DNA of 64,000 nt from the human T2T-CHM13v2.0 reference genome, Homo sapiens (GCF_009914755.1 NC_060929.1), one strand, 5' to 3'; positions 31,939 to 46,623 are shown, counted from the first letter of the stretch. Program-made: numbers and translations. Notes: generated from the letters alone by a model not told the origin.

Positions 31939-32917
31939 CTTCAAAGACAGTGTATGAGGGTTGAAAAAAATGAAAAGTAAAAGACAAAAAGTCTGCAGCT
32001 AAAGTAGGACAAACACAACTTAGAATTATGAGTCGAAAGTTAGTAAATATATTGTAGTTGTTTTCCAAAGAGCTCAACTGAGATAATAGTTCTTTAATAA
32101 TGTGTAAAGAATAGCAGTACTTACGATTTTTAAAGGCTGTCATTTGAGATGGTCAAAACGTAAGACGAGAATGCTGAATTAAAGCACACCACAAATAGCA
32201 AGCTTTTCAAACCATAAATTCAGGATACAATTTTGAGTAGAGGTTTATATGTTCCAAGTGGTCTTTTGGTGAGCCTGGGCAAAGCATTCTTGGGAATTGA
32301 GTCCAGGGCACATCTGACTTGTTATAAATTTTATATGTTTCAACCCTACTGGGGTTCAAAAGTGAGAAATTTGTTTGCATTCTGTTGCAATACCAATTGT
32401 ATTAACAGATGTTTAAAGATGAATGTTCCAAACTAAAGGCATTTTTTTGATATTTTCAGCATCATTTTTTCTATTCACATATGTCAAAACAATTCTGAAC
32501 AGCATGCTTTCCAAACTGCTAGTAATTTCTTTAGAGAAATAACTTCAGAAGCAAAAGTAATTAACTAAGCAAATAAAGTTTGTATAAAATTAGAACCTAT
32601 TCAAGCAGAACAAAAATTTTTGTTAAAAAGCTCGTAAAGAAGGAACACAGATAATTAGCTTAAATTTCCACAGATATTAATGTTCTTTGTACATTATTAT
32701 GCCCTATGCATTGTTTTATGAAAAAGTTTTATTTTTAATTTTTGTTGGTACATAGTACGCATAACCTATGAATTTTTATTGAGGTCTTAGTAAGAGCCAC
32801 AAGCTGACCTGTTTCTGTGGTGGAAAAGGAACTGTTCACCTTTTGTATCACTTGTATGATTTTTAAATTTACATTATTAAAAATAAGGAAATAGGCTTGA
32901 GTGTCAGAGTGCCTTAC

Positions 32918-33143
32918 CTACAGAGTCAATGCCGATATTACTTGGTGTTCTCCAAGACATAAGACTTTCCTCTGTTTCCCCAAAGGGAAACCATAGACTA
33001 TCAATGGGCTGAGCACAGAGAATAGCACCACAGTTCTCCGGACCATCATTACATATACCTACGAGTGGAAACGAGCTGTGTGGATCATTCTCTCCACACC
33101 CAAAACAGGAGATGCAGGTCTTGTGAGGCTGTTGAGTCCACAT
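32918..33143 (-). CDS. Candidate coding exon of an unidentified minus-strand gene (75 codons + 1 nt, Cys-rich MWTQQPHKTCISCFGC...)
   Basis: ATG with A at -3, open to donor TAG|GTAAGG; higher GC and several retained CpGs versus flanks; no repeat similarity recognised; no protein family recognised. Confidence 0.4.
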
Positions 33144-36100
33144 TCTAATGCTGTTAGTACACTGCCCGGCGTATAGAATCCTCTCCTTTATGAATAGGCT
33201 TAGTCATGGTTATTGACAATTACCCGGTGAAGAAGTTGTCTGAAACATGTAGTCAGCTGTTTCCTACTCATCAGTTTGAGACTCCAGCTACCTGTGGGAA
33301 TCTTGAGGGCAAGGCTTGAAAAGAAACAGCTTCCTGGCAAAGGAAACAGGCTAAAACTGATCTTTGAATTGTCTAAATACCACACTTGCACAGCAAACGA
33401 GCTTTGAATTGCACTTTCACCAACCATACTATTCCATATAGATAGTCATTTTGAAAGATCTATAGCAAATTACACCCTCTAAATTAAATATAATTATTTA
33501 AAAATAAAGAGCCTTTCTGCATTCGTTAATTATTTAAATATACTTTATGTTGCAATAATTCATGGTAGCCAATGGTAGGATGGAGGTCCTAATGTTTTGA
33601 AATAGAGAAGCTGACCTATAATGGAATGGTTGTACCAAACAGTACACAGGAAAAACTATTTTGACCCAAAATATATATTACATAAGCAGAATCAAATATA
33701 ATATACCAGAACAAGTAGAGACTGGGTGATTACATAATGTAATTATCTTCCTAGTCATTCTAGGGAACGTAAATGTGATAAAGGCAATTATGTGAGTAAC
33801 TCTACTTGAATAATAGAGGTGGAGAGCATAAATATATTCACAATATCACTGATACTTTTAAATAGCAAAAATTTTGCCTCGTGATGTATAAGCTAAGAAT
33901 CTATGAAAAACTAATTATAATAGATTTATGTGATGACTTGAACTTGTGATAATTGATCAATTTCATTCACTATTTTATTCTGTGATGATATACTGTAATC
34001 TTTCTCTATTTCATTTTCCCCCTTTTAGCATAAAGAATGTTCTTTTTAAAGAATCCTTGGTTTGTGTTGTCAAAAATTGGTGTGATTTATAGAAAAAATG
34101 CAAAAAGAGGAGCTAACAATTTGGCACTTAAATTTTATATTTTGATGTCTATTTGTATTTGAAGTTAGAATGCATTGAATATTATTTTAAAGTATAATAT
34201 TCAATGTATTAAACATTTTATTCTGTTCCAAAGTTTTCGGTTTGCTACAACACTACATATTAGTACTGAACTTTTAAGAAATGTTACAAAAATGATGACT
34301 AATTACAGTCAATAGTAGTTATATTTATAAAATGAGGACAAATTGTGTAATTTGTTTTATCTCAAACCCGATTATTATAAATCGCTGGAATTTTTTTATT
34401 CTTATTTTATACTATTATCAAATTCTACATGTGCTATTATTCATCCTTGATAATTGGGCCATAATTTTCTTTAGTATTCAATATTACTTATCTAAAGCAA
34501 GTACTACTACATTTATCTTCATATTCCACATTGCAGACTATGTTCCTGTTCCATACCTGTAAAGTAAAATGAGTAGCTATTTATATTGCTAAAGAGAATT
34601 TATTGATTATTAAAGAGTTATAGATACAATCATATTAAATTATCTTACTGTGGCAGGTGAATTTTTAAAAGTGCAGAAACCTCACATATTCTCAGAAAAG
34701 ATAGGATAATCCTTTTTTTCCATGTAAGAAACATTTCCCTAAATAAATGAGTCTTCTATAATGTCAAGCAATTACTTTGGCAAAAAAATGGTACTAGAGC
34801 ATAAAAAATTAATTCAGTTCATAGATGACTGTTAAAGCCTGACAAGTTTTATTCCAAAAATAAATAAGTATCTGTCATTGTAGGTTTCTCAGGCTCTAGA
34901 AATCTTTCACACAAGATATTATCTGTAATTTCATTGAAAAATAAAATGAATACTTTCATGCATAAAATATATTTATATGTTTGTGTTTATATTTTATTCC
35001 TATATGTCAAGTGAATTATTCTGTGTTAGTACCTGGTTTAAGTTAGGTAATTTGTGAGAAATAAGGAAATCTTACAATAACATGGCACACAGATTGCTTT
35101 AAAATTGAAATTCTGCTCCAAGGAGGCTTACACAGCAAGATCTTGCCTTGCACAGTAGGAGACCCACCTTTTGTGAACTATAGCCCTGCACAGGCTTCTA
35201 ACGCTATGATTTTTTTTTTAACCTTTCAGAAAGCCGTTCAATATCTAGAGAATCTATGAAGCAGAAGTCATGCTGATTTCTGAAAGGTTTTTTTAAATAT
35301 TGGGGTCCAGCAGAGTTATGCTCTGACAAAATTTTGTGCTGAATTCACTGCAGCAAGTTTCCAGTGTGTTTGAAGACTTCGATGGAGAATGAATCCAATA
35401 TGCTGCTAAAACATTCCCTCTTCCCCGCACCATCCTCTCTATTCTGTCTCCTACTTGCTGGGAAAAGAGAAATCTTTCTTTTCTATGACTTAACTAGAAT
35501 GATGAATTCCCTAATTTAGTAGAGTCTTCTCCTCACTTGTTCTAAAATACATATTTGTTGTGTTATGTAGTCTCAGGGTCTCAGTAAAACAAACAGGCAG
35601 CAGCATGGCTTACTAAAATGTTCCCTGATCTAGAAGTTATGAAACCTCTTATTGTCATACATCACTAGTCTATTTATTTATCTCTCTGGGCCTGTTTTTT
35701 CACTTATAAAATAACATAGTTGACCAAGATAATTTGCTAGCTTGCTAACAGATTATCTGATTTTAAAACACAATAGTTTTCAACATGGACCATCCAGTAT
35801 CTTCTCTTTGGATTCCTCCCACTAAAAGAGTTAATATACCTGCCAATGCCTATTTTACTGTGAAATATATTATTTACAGACCTTAAGAATTTAGTAAGCA
35901 CAAGCCACTAAATATATCTTTGCTAATATTTTATTTTTATGTTAAGTAACCTTATTATTTTGATTTTTGCCACTCTGGAGGTATTAAGAAAATATCTTTA
36001 TTGAGAAAAAAGATCCTCCCAGTGATAAACTACTTTTTGTTATTAGCTACTTTTATTTTTCTAAATATTAATTTTCAATATATTACATGAAATGGTGAAG

Positions 36101-37004
36101 CAGATTAATTTTAATTTTATACTGTTAATATGACACTTACCTCTTTCTCTTTATTCGCAAGACAATATCTCTTTTTCTTCTGGTTTATGTAAGCTAACAG
36201 TTATCTCAAACACTACCTTAGAAAACACCATATCCTCATTCATAATGTGAGATAAGATTCACACATGCCACTCTCACCTTTTCCACACAGCTGCCCAAAG
36301 AACCACTACTGTTTAAGTGCAACCATGCTTTGAAACATTATTTTTTTGCCATAATTACCATTCAGAAAAATTCATTGAATTGATATTTATTTATCCAACT
36401 TGGAAAAAAAAGTTCAACACTGAATAAAGCATAGTATTGCATAAATAGACACTGCAGGTAATAACAGAATGGGGACAGTATAGAGACAATGCAAGCTAGA
36501 TGTCAAGGATCAGTAATATAGGAAAGAAAAATATTTGAATGCTGTTTTAAAATTCAACACTTGAGTGATGTTCTATAAATAATGGATGCCAAACAATATT
36601 CTTGAAAGGCAGAGTGATTATGAGATAAACTGGTGAGGAGGTGAGGAGAGAATTATTCCTGAAACAATGAAAAACAATGAATGGAAGTGTTGACTTTTCT
36701 TGATCATTAACAGAGACAGCTTTCAATAAATATGCACTCCAGCATTTTTCAGTGTAGAAAGTACACACTGTAGAGAAAAACTGTCTGAAGCATTGGAATT
36801 GAGTGGGCAATATTATATTTTAGGAAATGTAAAGGTCATTTATTTAAAAGCATAAAGTGAAACTGTTGATAGCTACATCTAGGAGGCTACGTTGTCAAAA
36901 AATTGCCTTATCAATTTAGTTTTACACATACACAGCTTACCCCCTCACACACTTAAGCACATCCAAATGTACAAATGCCCATTTGTACATGAAATTAAGA
37001 CTAC

Positions 37005-37118
37005 TGTTAAATGATGAGTTACTTGGTGCAGCACACCAACATGGCACATGTATACATATGTAACTAACCTGCATGTTGTGCACATGTACCCTAAAACTTA
37101 AAGTATAATTTAAAAAAA
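37005..37118 (+). mobile_element. Very short L1PA 3' end, about 110 bp
   Basis: ggtgcagcacaccaacatggcacatgtatacatatgtaactaacctgc...aaacttaaagtataa plus A tail. Confidence 0.92.
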
Positions 37119-38067
37119 GAGTTAGAGTAGAAAAAAGGCTATATCAGACCTTAAATTGTAATGAAGTTTTAAAGCACATTTCTAATTTCATATTCTTGCT
37201 AATTTAGAAAATTTTGTCTATTTTTATAAAGTTGATAAGAGAAATTAGAAAAGATTTGAATTTATATTACTTTTGCAGTAAAATGTGACTTTCATTAATA
37301 ATTCTCTCTAAGCTACTTTGCACTTCAATAAAAATATTTTATCGTGGGGATGACATTAGTGTGTTGAGCCCTGAGAATGCACTTCTCTTCGTTCTGGCAG
37401 TTACTCCCTGATGACTCACAGATCACAGATTAATTGTACTTGATCTGATTCTTAACAAAGAGAGTCAGATTGATAAGAAATTCTACTCCTTTCTTTTATA
37501 AGTTACATTTGTCAAAGTTAATTGAATCAAATAAAACTGCATGCCAAATCCATTATAGAATTTTAAAAAATATATTTATTTTATCATTTATATTGTTCCC
37601 CATATAACCTAGCCATATTATCAAATGAGCAGTATAAATGAATTGATTAATGTTTGCTGTTCATTGGAGACATTAGCAAAAAGTACATCTACTCCTTAAT
37701 ATCATAGGTTAATTGCTGATATTCCCCACGATTTATCCTTGTTCATATTATCTTTTTGCTTTACATGATCTCCTTGATTTCAACTTATAGTCTCTCAACT
37801 TAATTATATTATCACTCTAAATTATTTCTGTAGCTCACACTAGTATTATCTATTCTTTAATACCTCTATCCAGATAACCCATGCCACTCTAGACAGATAA
37901 ACTCATTTTTTTCATCAACTCATGTATGTTTCCTTCTTTTTTCTCATTTAACTTTTACCATTATAATCCACTTAATTTCCCATATCTGATATTCCTGGCT
38001 ATCTCATTGGACTTTAAACTCTTTAAGGAAAGTCTGTCTTATTCATTTCTATATTACTAGTTTTACT

Positions 38068-38305
38068 GCGTAATACAGTTAAGAGCCCAGATTCTGAAGC
38101 CAGAATGCCAAGTTTCAAATTTTAGCCATGTATTTTAATAATGATGAGACATTGGGCAAATTGTTCTCTGCAGTAGTTTTCCATGCTGGAAAATAGGAAC
38201 ATCATTAGTCTACCTCAATAGGGCAATATTCAGGATGAACTGAGATAACTTATGTGAAGTTAATAGAAAGTTTTTAGTAAATGTTAATGACAAATTATTA
38301 TTATT
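38068..38305 (+). mobile_element. MIR SINE
   Basis: gttaagagc...tctgaagccaga...ttgggcaaatt...tacctca...aggatgaactgagataa core. Confidence 0.7.
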
Positions 38306-40031
38306 AAATGTATTATTATTATTTTATCTCCATATCTGCCATGGTGATTAAAGACTAAATAAATTAATGCAGGCAAGTTAGAACTAATTTACAATATTCC
38401 TAAAATGTCCTAACACATTATCATAAGCATCTGTGTTTGAAAAAAAAATTGTGTGATATCAGATGTAAAATTGTTATCAATTTTATATATATGTATATAT
38501 ATTACAGTATACATATTCTCTGGTACAGGAAAACTATTTGGTAACACTATAATCTTTAGAATTTAATTTAGCACAATAGTTAAATAAAATATTATCTTGG
38601 AATACAATTTTGCTAAATATATTTATTGTTTATACCAAAGAGTTTCTCAAGATGTAATCTGGAAATGTTATTATGACTGGTATTAAATCCATAGAAAACA
38701 GAGCTCTCTGTCCAATAGTTTTCAGATACGATGAGTTAAAGGCGTAGATAGATTTCTTCACTGAAATAATTCTCATAATTTTAATAAAGTATTTTGCATT
38801 ATGGAGACCTGTAAGGGCAGAGGTATGGAATAGAGGGTTTTTTCCCCTAAATATATTTAGGCTTTCTTCTGAGAAGATTACTTGGAGCTGGTTCTCCATC
38901 AAGCAAAGTAGAAAAAAAATAGACTTTATTTATTTATTTATTGGTTGGGTTTGAATTTAACCTGCTTGGTGGATTTGATTCTTTATATAAGGGGGTGAGG
39001 AATAGATGGAAATGCAGTTATCCTATTGACATTGGACTGTTTGTCGCTTGTTTATTCTGTTAATATTCTTTCTTGGTTTTGTAGACTCTGACAGTGGTAT
39101 AGGCTTGATTTAAGAAGACGTTAGGAAATCATAAGCTAGAGAAGTAATGAAAATTTTCCTGAAGACTTCTTCGTCTCCTTTCTTAGCATATTGTATAGAT
39201 GAAACTGTGTCTAACCAGATTGCCAAAATATTTTTGTGGGTTGATTAAGAGACCGTTCCCTTAGATAACTTGCTGTGAGGAGAGTAAAATTGTTTACTTT
39301 CTTTAAGATCTAAGACAGTATCATCCATATGTTTTCTTTTGTTCAAAGGGAAAGTAGGACTCAAAACTTAAATTCATGTTTATTCAAGTGTATCTCATAG
39401 ATATTCAAGAATTAAACTCATCTGTTATATGTAATTAAAATTCTTAGGGGTACTTATAATATAATTGAATTATAAGGTGCCCTGCGAGCTTTGCCACCTT
39501 GAGGGAGAAAACTATAAGATGAAATGGCTCTCTGGCTGACTGCAAAATGAAGTAGGCCCTCATAATTCATTTACAGATGATCCCAAGATCCTTAGAACCT
39601 GAATAACTAGTGAGACTTTTTAAGAATTTTTGTCTTTTTAAGATTTATGTAACCATGTACTTAGCTTCTTTTCTTTATTAAAGAAAATCATATGAAGTTT
39701 CTCAATGCCTCATGTCATTTGGAACTTTTTAAAATTCTTTTTTGATACCAGTCCAGATTAACATAATTTAAATTTTTATTTTTTAATTACTTGTTTTTGT
39801 TCACTTTATGAATATTTTCTTCAGGAAAGTTTTAGTAATGAAAGAAAATAAAATTATAAGCCAGTGTTTATAATGCCACAGATATGTGTTTTTAATATAC
39901 ATTTGTCTGAAGGTGTATAATAAAGCCAAATGGTTGCTTTAGTTTAGGAGGTGGGGAGAGGGAGAGAGAGAGACAGAGAGAACATGTAAACCACACAGAA
40001 CACAGGGGTGGATTGTGGTTCTTTCTAATCC

Positions 40032-40770
40032 TTTTTTACAACATTTATTTTAGATTCAGGGTTACATGTGCAGGTTTGTTTTACAGGTCATTGTGTCATG
40101 GGGGTTTGGTGTACAGATTATTTTATAAGCCAGGTAATAAGCATAGGACCTTATAGGTAGTTTTTTGACCCTCACCCTCCTCCCAGCCTCCACCCCCAAA
40201 TAGGCCTGATGTTTGTTCCCATCTTTGTGTCCATGTGTCCTCAATGTTTAGTGCCCACTTATAAGAGAGAACATGCAGTATTTGGTTTTCTGTTCCTGCG
40301 TTAATTCACTTAGGATAACCGTCTCCAGTTCCATTTATGTTGCTGCAAAGACATGATCTCATTTTTTTATGGCTGCATAATATGTCATGGTGTATATATA
40401 CCACATTTTCTTTCTCCAGTCAAACATTCATGGGAATTTAGGTTGACTCCATATCTTTGCTGTTGTGAATAGTGCTGCCATGAATTTAGGCGTGCATGTG
40501 TTTTTTGGTGGAACAATTTACATTCCTTTGGGTAGACACCCCTTAATGAGATTTCTGGGTCGAATGGTAATTTAAGTTATTTGAGAAACTGCCAAACTGC
40601 TTTCCACAATGGAAATTTACATTCCAAGCGGCAGTGTATAAGCAGTCCCTTTTTTCCACAACCTTGCCAGTATATGTTGTTTTTAACTTTTTAATAATTG
40701 CCATTCTGACTGATGTGAGGTGGTATCTCATTGTGGTTTTCATTTACATTTCTCTAATAAATAGTGATCC
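40032..40770 (-). mobile_element. Older L1PA (about L1PA13-16) 3' end
   Basis: tttattttagattcagggttacatgtgcaggtttgtt; ORF2 end homology (MRYHLTSVRMAIIKK); TSD ctaat(t)cctttt. Confidence 0.9.
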
Positions 40771-43192
40771 CATACTAATTCCTTTTCCTTGCATTCATTT
40801 GTTCACTTTGTGGAAAGTAGAATCTGAAAGGACAATATTCTCTCTGATTATTAATCAGTATATAATACAGTATCTCAATGATGAGGAGGAATATGGCACA
40901 ATATGTTTACCTACTCCATGGACTACCTACTTCTTAATTATCCAGAATTATTTATTTGATTAACATGATACTTTTCTATACAGTGATATATTCACTGTAG
41001 ATACCAGGGACATAAATATACCAGTGGGGAAGAAACACTAATTTCAGAAAATTAAGAATATATATGTATATTAAAAAATAAATTAAAAACAGCAGTTTCT
41101 GGTGGGGAAGTACTGTGAAAATTGGATCAGTACTTTCAGATTACTAGTTCAAAAGCAAATCATCATTAGGATTATATTTCAATCTCTATCTTTTTCTATT
41201 CAATTTTTCATATCTCAGCTGCATTAACCAAGTGGAACCTTCACAATCACTAAAGCACTCCATTAAAATTCCATATAATGGTGTCAGTGCTCTGCTTGAT
41301 TTCATGTGGACTCTGGTTAACACAGCTTTTGGATGGGACCTATTAGTCAGAATGGGGCTTACACGTAGGCTGATTCTGATTCAACATTTTAAATGCCATT
41401 GACACTATGGACTTGCTGTAGAAGTCTCCATACACCTTTTATTCAGATGTGGCACCTGTTTGATTCATTTTAATTGTTTTATAATCTTATTTCCCTAATG
41501 TCTAAGTGCTTGCAGTTTTATTTATTCCAAAGCATCATAGACCTATCTGTGATGAATGCATGACCATTATGCTGTAACAGAGAAACAACAATGATCATGG
41601 AATTCTCAATGCAGTGTTTTTAAGGAGATTTTTACAAAGAAAATTGTAATTCTCTGCCTGGGATATATAATGATAAGGACCATAGTTATTACATTTGTCA
41701 TAGGAAGTTTTTTTAATACACAATGCATGAAAGCTGCCATATAAGTGCCATAGCATTTAAATTTTTTGCATGTCTTTCTTTTTTCTGCTCTTAAAACTAG
41801 TTCATTTATTTAAAATAAAGGTAATTCCTTTAAAAATTGTTTTGCTTAACAAAGGCATAGGTTAAATTTCTCTCTTAGTTATTGTGAATAGAAGTTGTTT
41901 TAATTGTGTCTAGAGGGACTTACTTGCTTCATATCATCTTATTAAATCATATTCTGACAAAAAGCTAGTTTGGCAGTGGAGTATATAACCTTGATTGTAA
42001 CCTAGATTTTTAAACTTTCTGAATGAAGTAATAAATACGCATAAACTCCCCATACACATGTATGATTGATAGATGGATAGCTAACTACCTAGCTAGCTAG
42101 ACACTAAATATTGATTTAGCTCACTAGATTGGCACAGATCAAACATATGCTTTGAATATCCACAATTCTTTAGAAGCACCTTTTTTGCATTCTATTATAC
42201 CTACCACTCTCTCCAGTGGGAAACCAATGCTTTGACCTCTAACACAACTTCATGTCTGGTTTTGATCTTTAAATAAGTTTAATCTTATATGCCTTCTAAT
42301 TTTTGTGTCATCTTACTTTTAATATTATATTTAACGTAGCCATTTATGCAATAGATCAGAGTTATATTTGTTCATTTTTATTGTGATGTGTGCAGTTACT
42401 ATTTTTCAAAAGGATAGCCAATCGAAACAGCTTCATTTATTGAAAACATACTTTGTCCCATAGCAATATAATGTGATTTTAGTCACAATCAAACATCCAC
42501 GTGAATGTGTATCTATTTATTGAATCTTTTCTGTTTCCTTATTTGTTTATTATTTCACTAATACCACACTTTATTATTATAATTCTATAAGGCTTACTAT
42601 TAAATAGTTTATTTTTTCACATTGTTTCTTTTCCTTGGCTATTCTTTTGACTTTACATCTCATATGTTTTTCAACTTTGTATTGAAGTAAAGTGTACATA
42701 AATGTACAGCTTAATAAATGTTTTCAAATACATCACAGTCCTTATCAGCACCCAGAGCAAGAATGCAACCAAATATAGTCCCAGCACTCAGGACTGACTT
42801 CCTTGTTCCCTTCCCTTCATTATACTCTCTTTCTAGGATCACCTCACCACTATTCTGACTTTTTCTAATAGTGTAGTTTGGATTTGTCTGTATATTTACT
42901 ATACACATATGGAATAATGTGGTAATCTTTGGTGTTTAGTTTTAATTGCAGAGCACTATAATTGTGAAATTCACACAAGTAGTTGGATGTAGCTGTTTGC
43001 ATTGTGGTATAGTGTTCCAAATGTACCAAAATGTACTATCTCTCTTATTGGTGATGGATATTTGGGTATTTTCTAGTTTTTGTCTGATATAAATAATAGT
43101 GCTAGAAACATTCCAGCACATGACTGTTAGTGACTTCTATATACAATTTTGGTGTTTATTTAAGAATAAAGATGTTCAGATGTAATATATCC

Positions 43193-43670
43193 TATTGTTT
43201 TACTTACCCATTGTTGCATGACAAGTCACTGCAAAGCTCAAGAGTTTTATAAGAACAATCATTTTATATTCTCTTGGTTCTGCAGTCTGGACTGGACTAT
43301 CTAGGCAGATTTTCTGCTAGTGTTTTTGCCTCATGTAGCTACCTCTAATGGTTTGGTTGGAGCAAGACTTAGCTGGAAGAATGGGGCAGCATGTCTGTTA
43401 TCTTCATGTAATTGTAGTTTCTTTATGTGGTCTCTCCGGAATGATGAATGAACTTCTAACATGTTGCCCAAAGCTCCCAATAGTGCAAAAGCAGGAGTGG
43501 CCAGACCCTTTTTAAGCTTAACGCACTGTATTAGGACAAGCACTGCATCATTTTCACTGCACTTTATTGCCAAAATTATTACCTAGGTCCAGGCCGGATT
43601 CAAGAAAATGGGACTCCACAAGAGCATGAATACTGAGAATAGTCAACACAATAGATTATAACATCTACCT
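43193..43670 (-). mobile_element. MLT1 MaLR LTR (old subfamily)
   Basis: ccattgttgcatgacaagtcact...aacaatcatttt...aggccggattcaag...atctacc reverse MLT1 pattern. Confidence 0.65.
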
Positions 43671-43769
43671 TAATAGTTACGGAAACTGCTTGCTGAGATA
43701 TTTCATTCTTAGACTGTGCTTTTCAGATATTGAAATTGAGGTTATGCTGGATTTGTGAAAAAAGCTAGA

Positions 43770-44080
<311 letters not shown>

Positions 44081-45009
44081 CTAGAAAGTTTTCTCTCTTT
44101 TCTATTCCTGGAACTATTCATGCAATATTCATGTTTTTTTCTTTCTTAGCTAGTTGGAAAAATTCACCAGTGAAGCCATATGAGCTTGGGGTTTCTTTGT
44201 CGGAAAGTTTTAAACCAAAGGTATAATTTTTAGGATAAATATTGGATGATTCATATATTTTGTTAGTATTTGGGAAGTTGTATTTTTGAAAATAATGTCC
44301 ATTTAATACATATTTTAATATTTAGGAATAATTTGTATCCTCTTTTACTCCTTTTGATATCTGAGGGAATGGTGCAAGTGTCCTCTTTTTCATTTCTGAT
44401 ATTGATAAGTTGTTATTTATGTATTTTTTATTCATAATTTCTAGTAAAAGTTTATTAGTTGTATTAGCCTTTTCAAAAACTAACTTGTTTTTATTGATTT
44501 TGTCTTTTTAATGTTTTTGCTATATTCGTTAATTTTCGGTCTATATTATTTGTTTATTTCTACTTTCTTTGATGTCGACTTGTTGTTACTTTATTGGATT
44601 CTTGAAATGAAAGTTTAGTTGACTTGTTTTAAGACTTTTCTTTTCTAATAAATGTGTTTTAAGAGTATACGTTTATTCTAACCATTGATTGAGTTTAGTC
44701 CTATACATTTTGTATGTCATACCTCATTATCACAGTTCACACTCTTTAAAATTTATTTTGATCATTATTAATCTTATATAGTTTAATTACATTTATTTGA
44801 ATTTTCTACTTATTTTCCTTTTTAGGGTTAAATAACAGTATCAAAACTATGCTGTGATGAAGAAAAAAATTAAGTACTTCTGAAGCTTTATTGTCCAGCT
44901 TGTAATTCCTTTATTTTATTTTTATAAATATTCCAAATATATTTGAAAGAAATGTGAATTCTTTTAATTTTGGGGGTAAATATTCTGTAGATACTGATTA
45001 GTCAACTTT

Positions 45010-45332
<323 letters not shown>

Positions 45333-45914
45333 AACTTTGTTCTTATCTTCATTATCTTTCCTGTTTTTTTCCCTAACAGCTGATAGTGGTATGTTATAGT
45401 TTGCCACTGTCATTATGATGTCACTATGTCTTCTTTGCTCATTTTGAATTTTTGCATTCTGTGTTATGAAGATGTTATTGGCTGTATTCATAGGTAGCCT
45501 ATATTCCTGATGCTTTCACCTGCTTATCAATATTAAATGTCCCTCTTCATCTCTAATAAAGTTTCTTGCCTTAGAGTATATTTTGTCTGATAGTATTATA
45601 GCTACATCAGTTTTTTGGTGGTTATACTCCTTCTAGTTTCAAACTATCTGTGTACTAATTTTTATACAGTCTGAATATCTAAGATTTTTATTTGAATCAG
45701 ATAACCCTAGGGAAAATCAAACCCAATATTTAGGCCAATTTTCTGGATTGTCCTCTTCTAAAAACTGGCTACAAATTTATTTGTTATCTTGTTAGTGTTT
45801 TAGTTTCATCAAGTACATATTTTAAAAACTTGTAATTTTTATAGAATTACCAATTCTTCTCTTGGAGTAGTGTTTCCAAATCACTTCACCAACAACTACC
45901 AGAAATTCTTTTTT

Positions 45915-46623
45915 GTTATTTAGTTTTTATTTCATAATCATAAACTCTGCAATCCAGCTAGGCATGGAAGGGAACAAAGAAAACATGAAGTCCAAAGGGA
46001 ACTGCAGCGAGAGCACAAAGATTCTAAGATACTGCGAGCAAATGGGGTGGAGGGGTGCTCTCCTGAGCTACAGAAGGAATGGTCTGGTGGTTAAGATAAA
46101 ACACAAGTCAAACTTACTAGAGTTTTCCACAGTCAACAATGGTGATCTTTCTAGTCTTGCCATTCCTGAAGTGTTCCATAGCCTATGGCCTTCACAATAT
46201 TCATGCCTTCTTTCTCCTTGCCAAAGACCAAATGCTTGCCATCCAACCACTCAGTCTTGGCAGTGCAGATGAAAAACTGGGAAACGTTTGTGCCAGGTCC
46301 AGCATTTGCCATGGACAAGATGCCAGGACCTGTATGCTTTAGGATGAAGTTCTCGTCATCAAATTTCTCCTGGTAGATGGACTTGCCACCAGTGCCTTTA
46401 TGGCGTGTGAAGTCACCACTCTGATACATAAACCCTGGAATAATTCTGTGAAAGAAGGAACCCTTAGAACCAAATTCTTTCTCTCCAGTGCTCAGAGCAC
46501 CAAAGTTTTCTGTTGTCTTTGGAAACTTGTCTGCAAATCTGCAAATAGCTTGACGGAGACACGGCCCAAGTTCTCGCCGTCTACGGCGATGTTGAAGAAC
46601 ATGGTAGGGTTGACTGTGCTTTG
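45915..46623 (-). pseudogene. Processed pseudogene of PPIA (cyclophilin A)
   Basis: Intronless; peptide [40 protein letters not shown]; PPIA 3' UTR with AATAAA; start codon lost; 8-nt duplication tttgcaga causes a frameshift; TSD cagaaa(tt/ca)ctttttt at 45900-45914 / 46624-46638 with a TTTT/AA site. Confidence 0.97.

Noticed and set aside
36140-36195. Strong minus-strand donor GAG|GTAAGT upstream of the candidate exons
   Set aside because: No good acceptor or clear exon found; isolated donor consensus sites are common
38630-38902. 90-aa minus-strand ORF in non-repeat sequence
   Set aside because: AT-rich composition, no convincing splice signals or recognisable domain; within chance expectation
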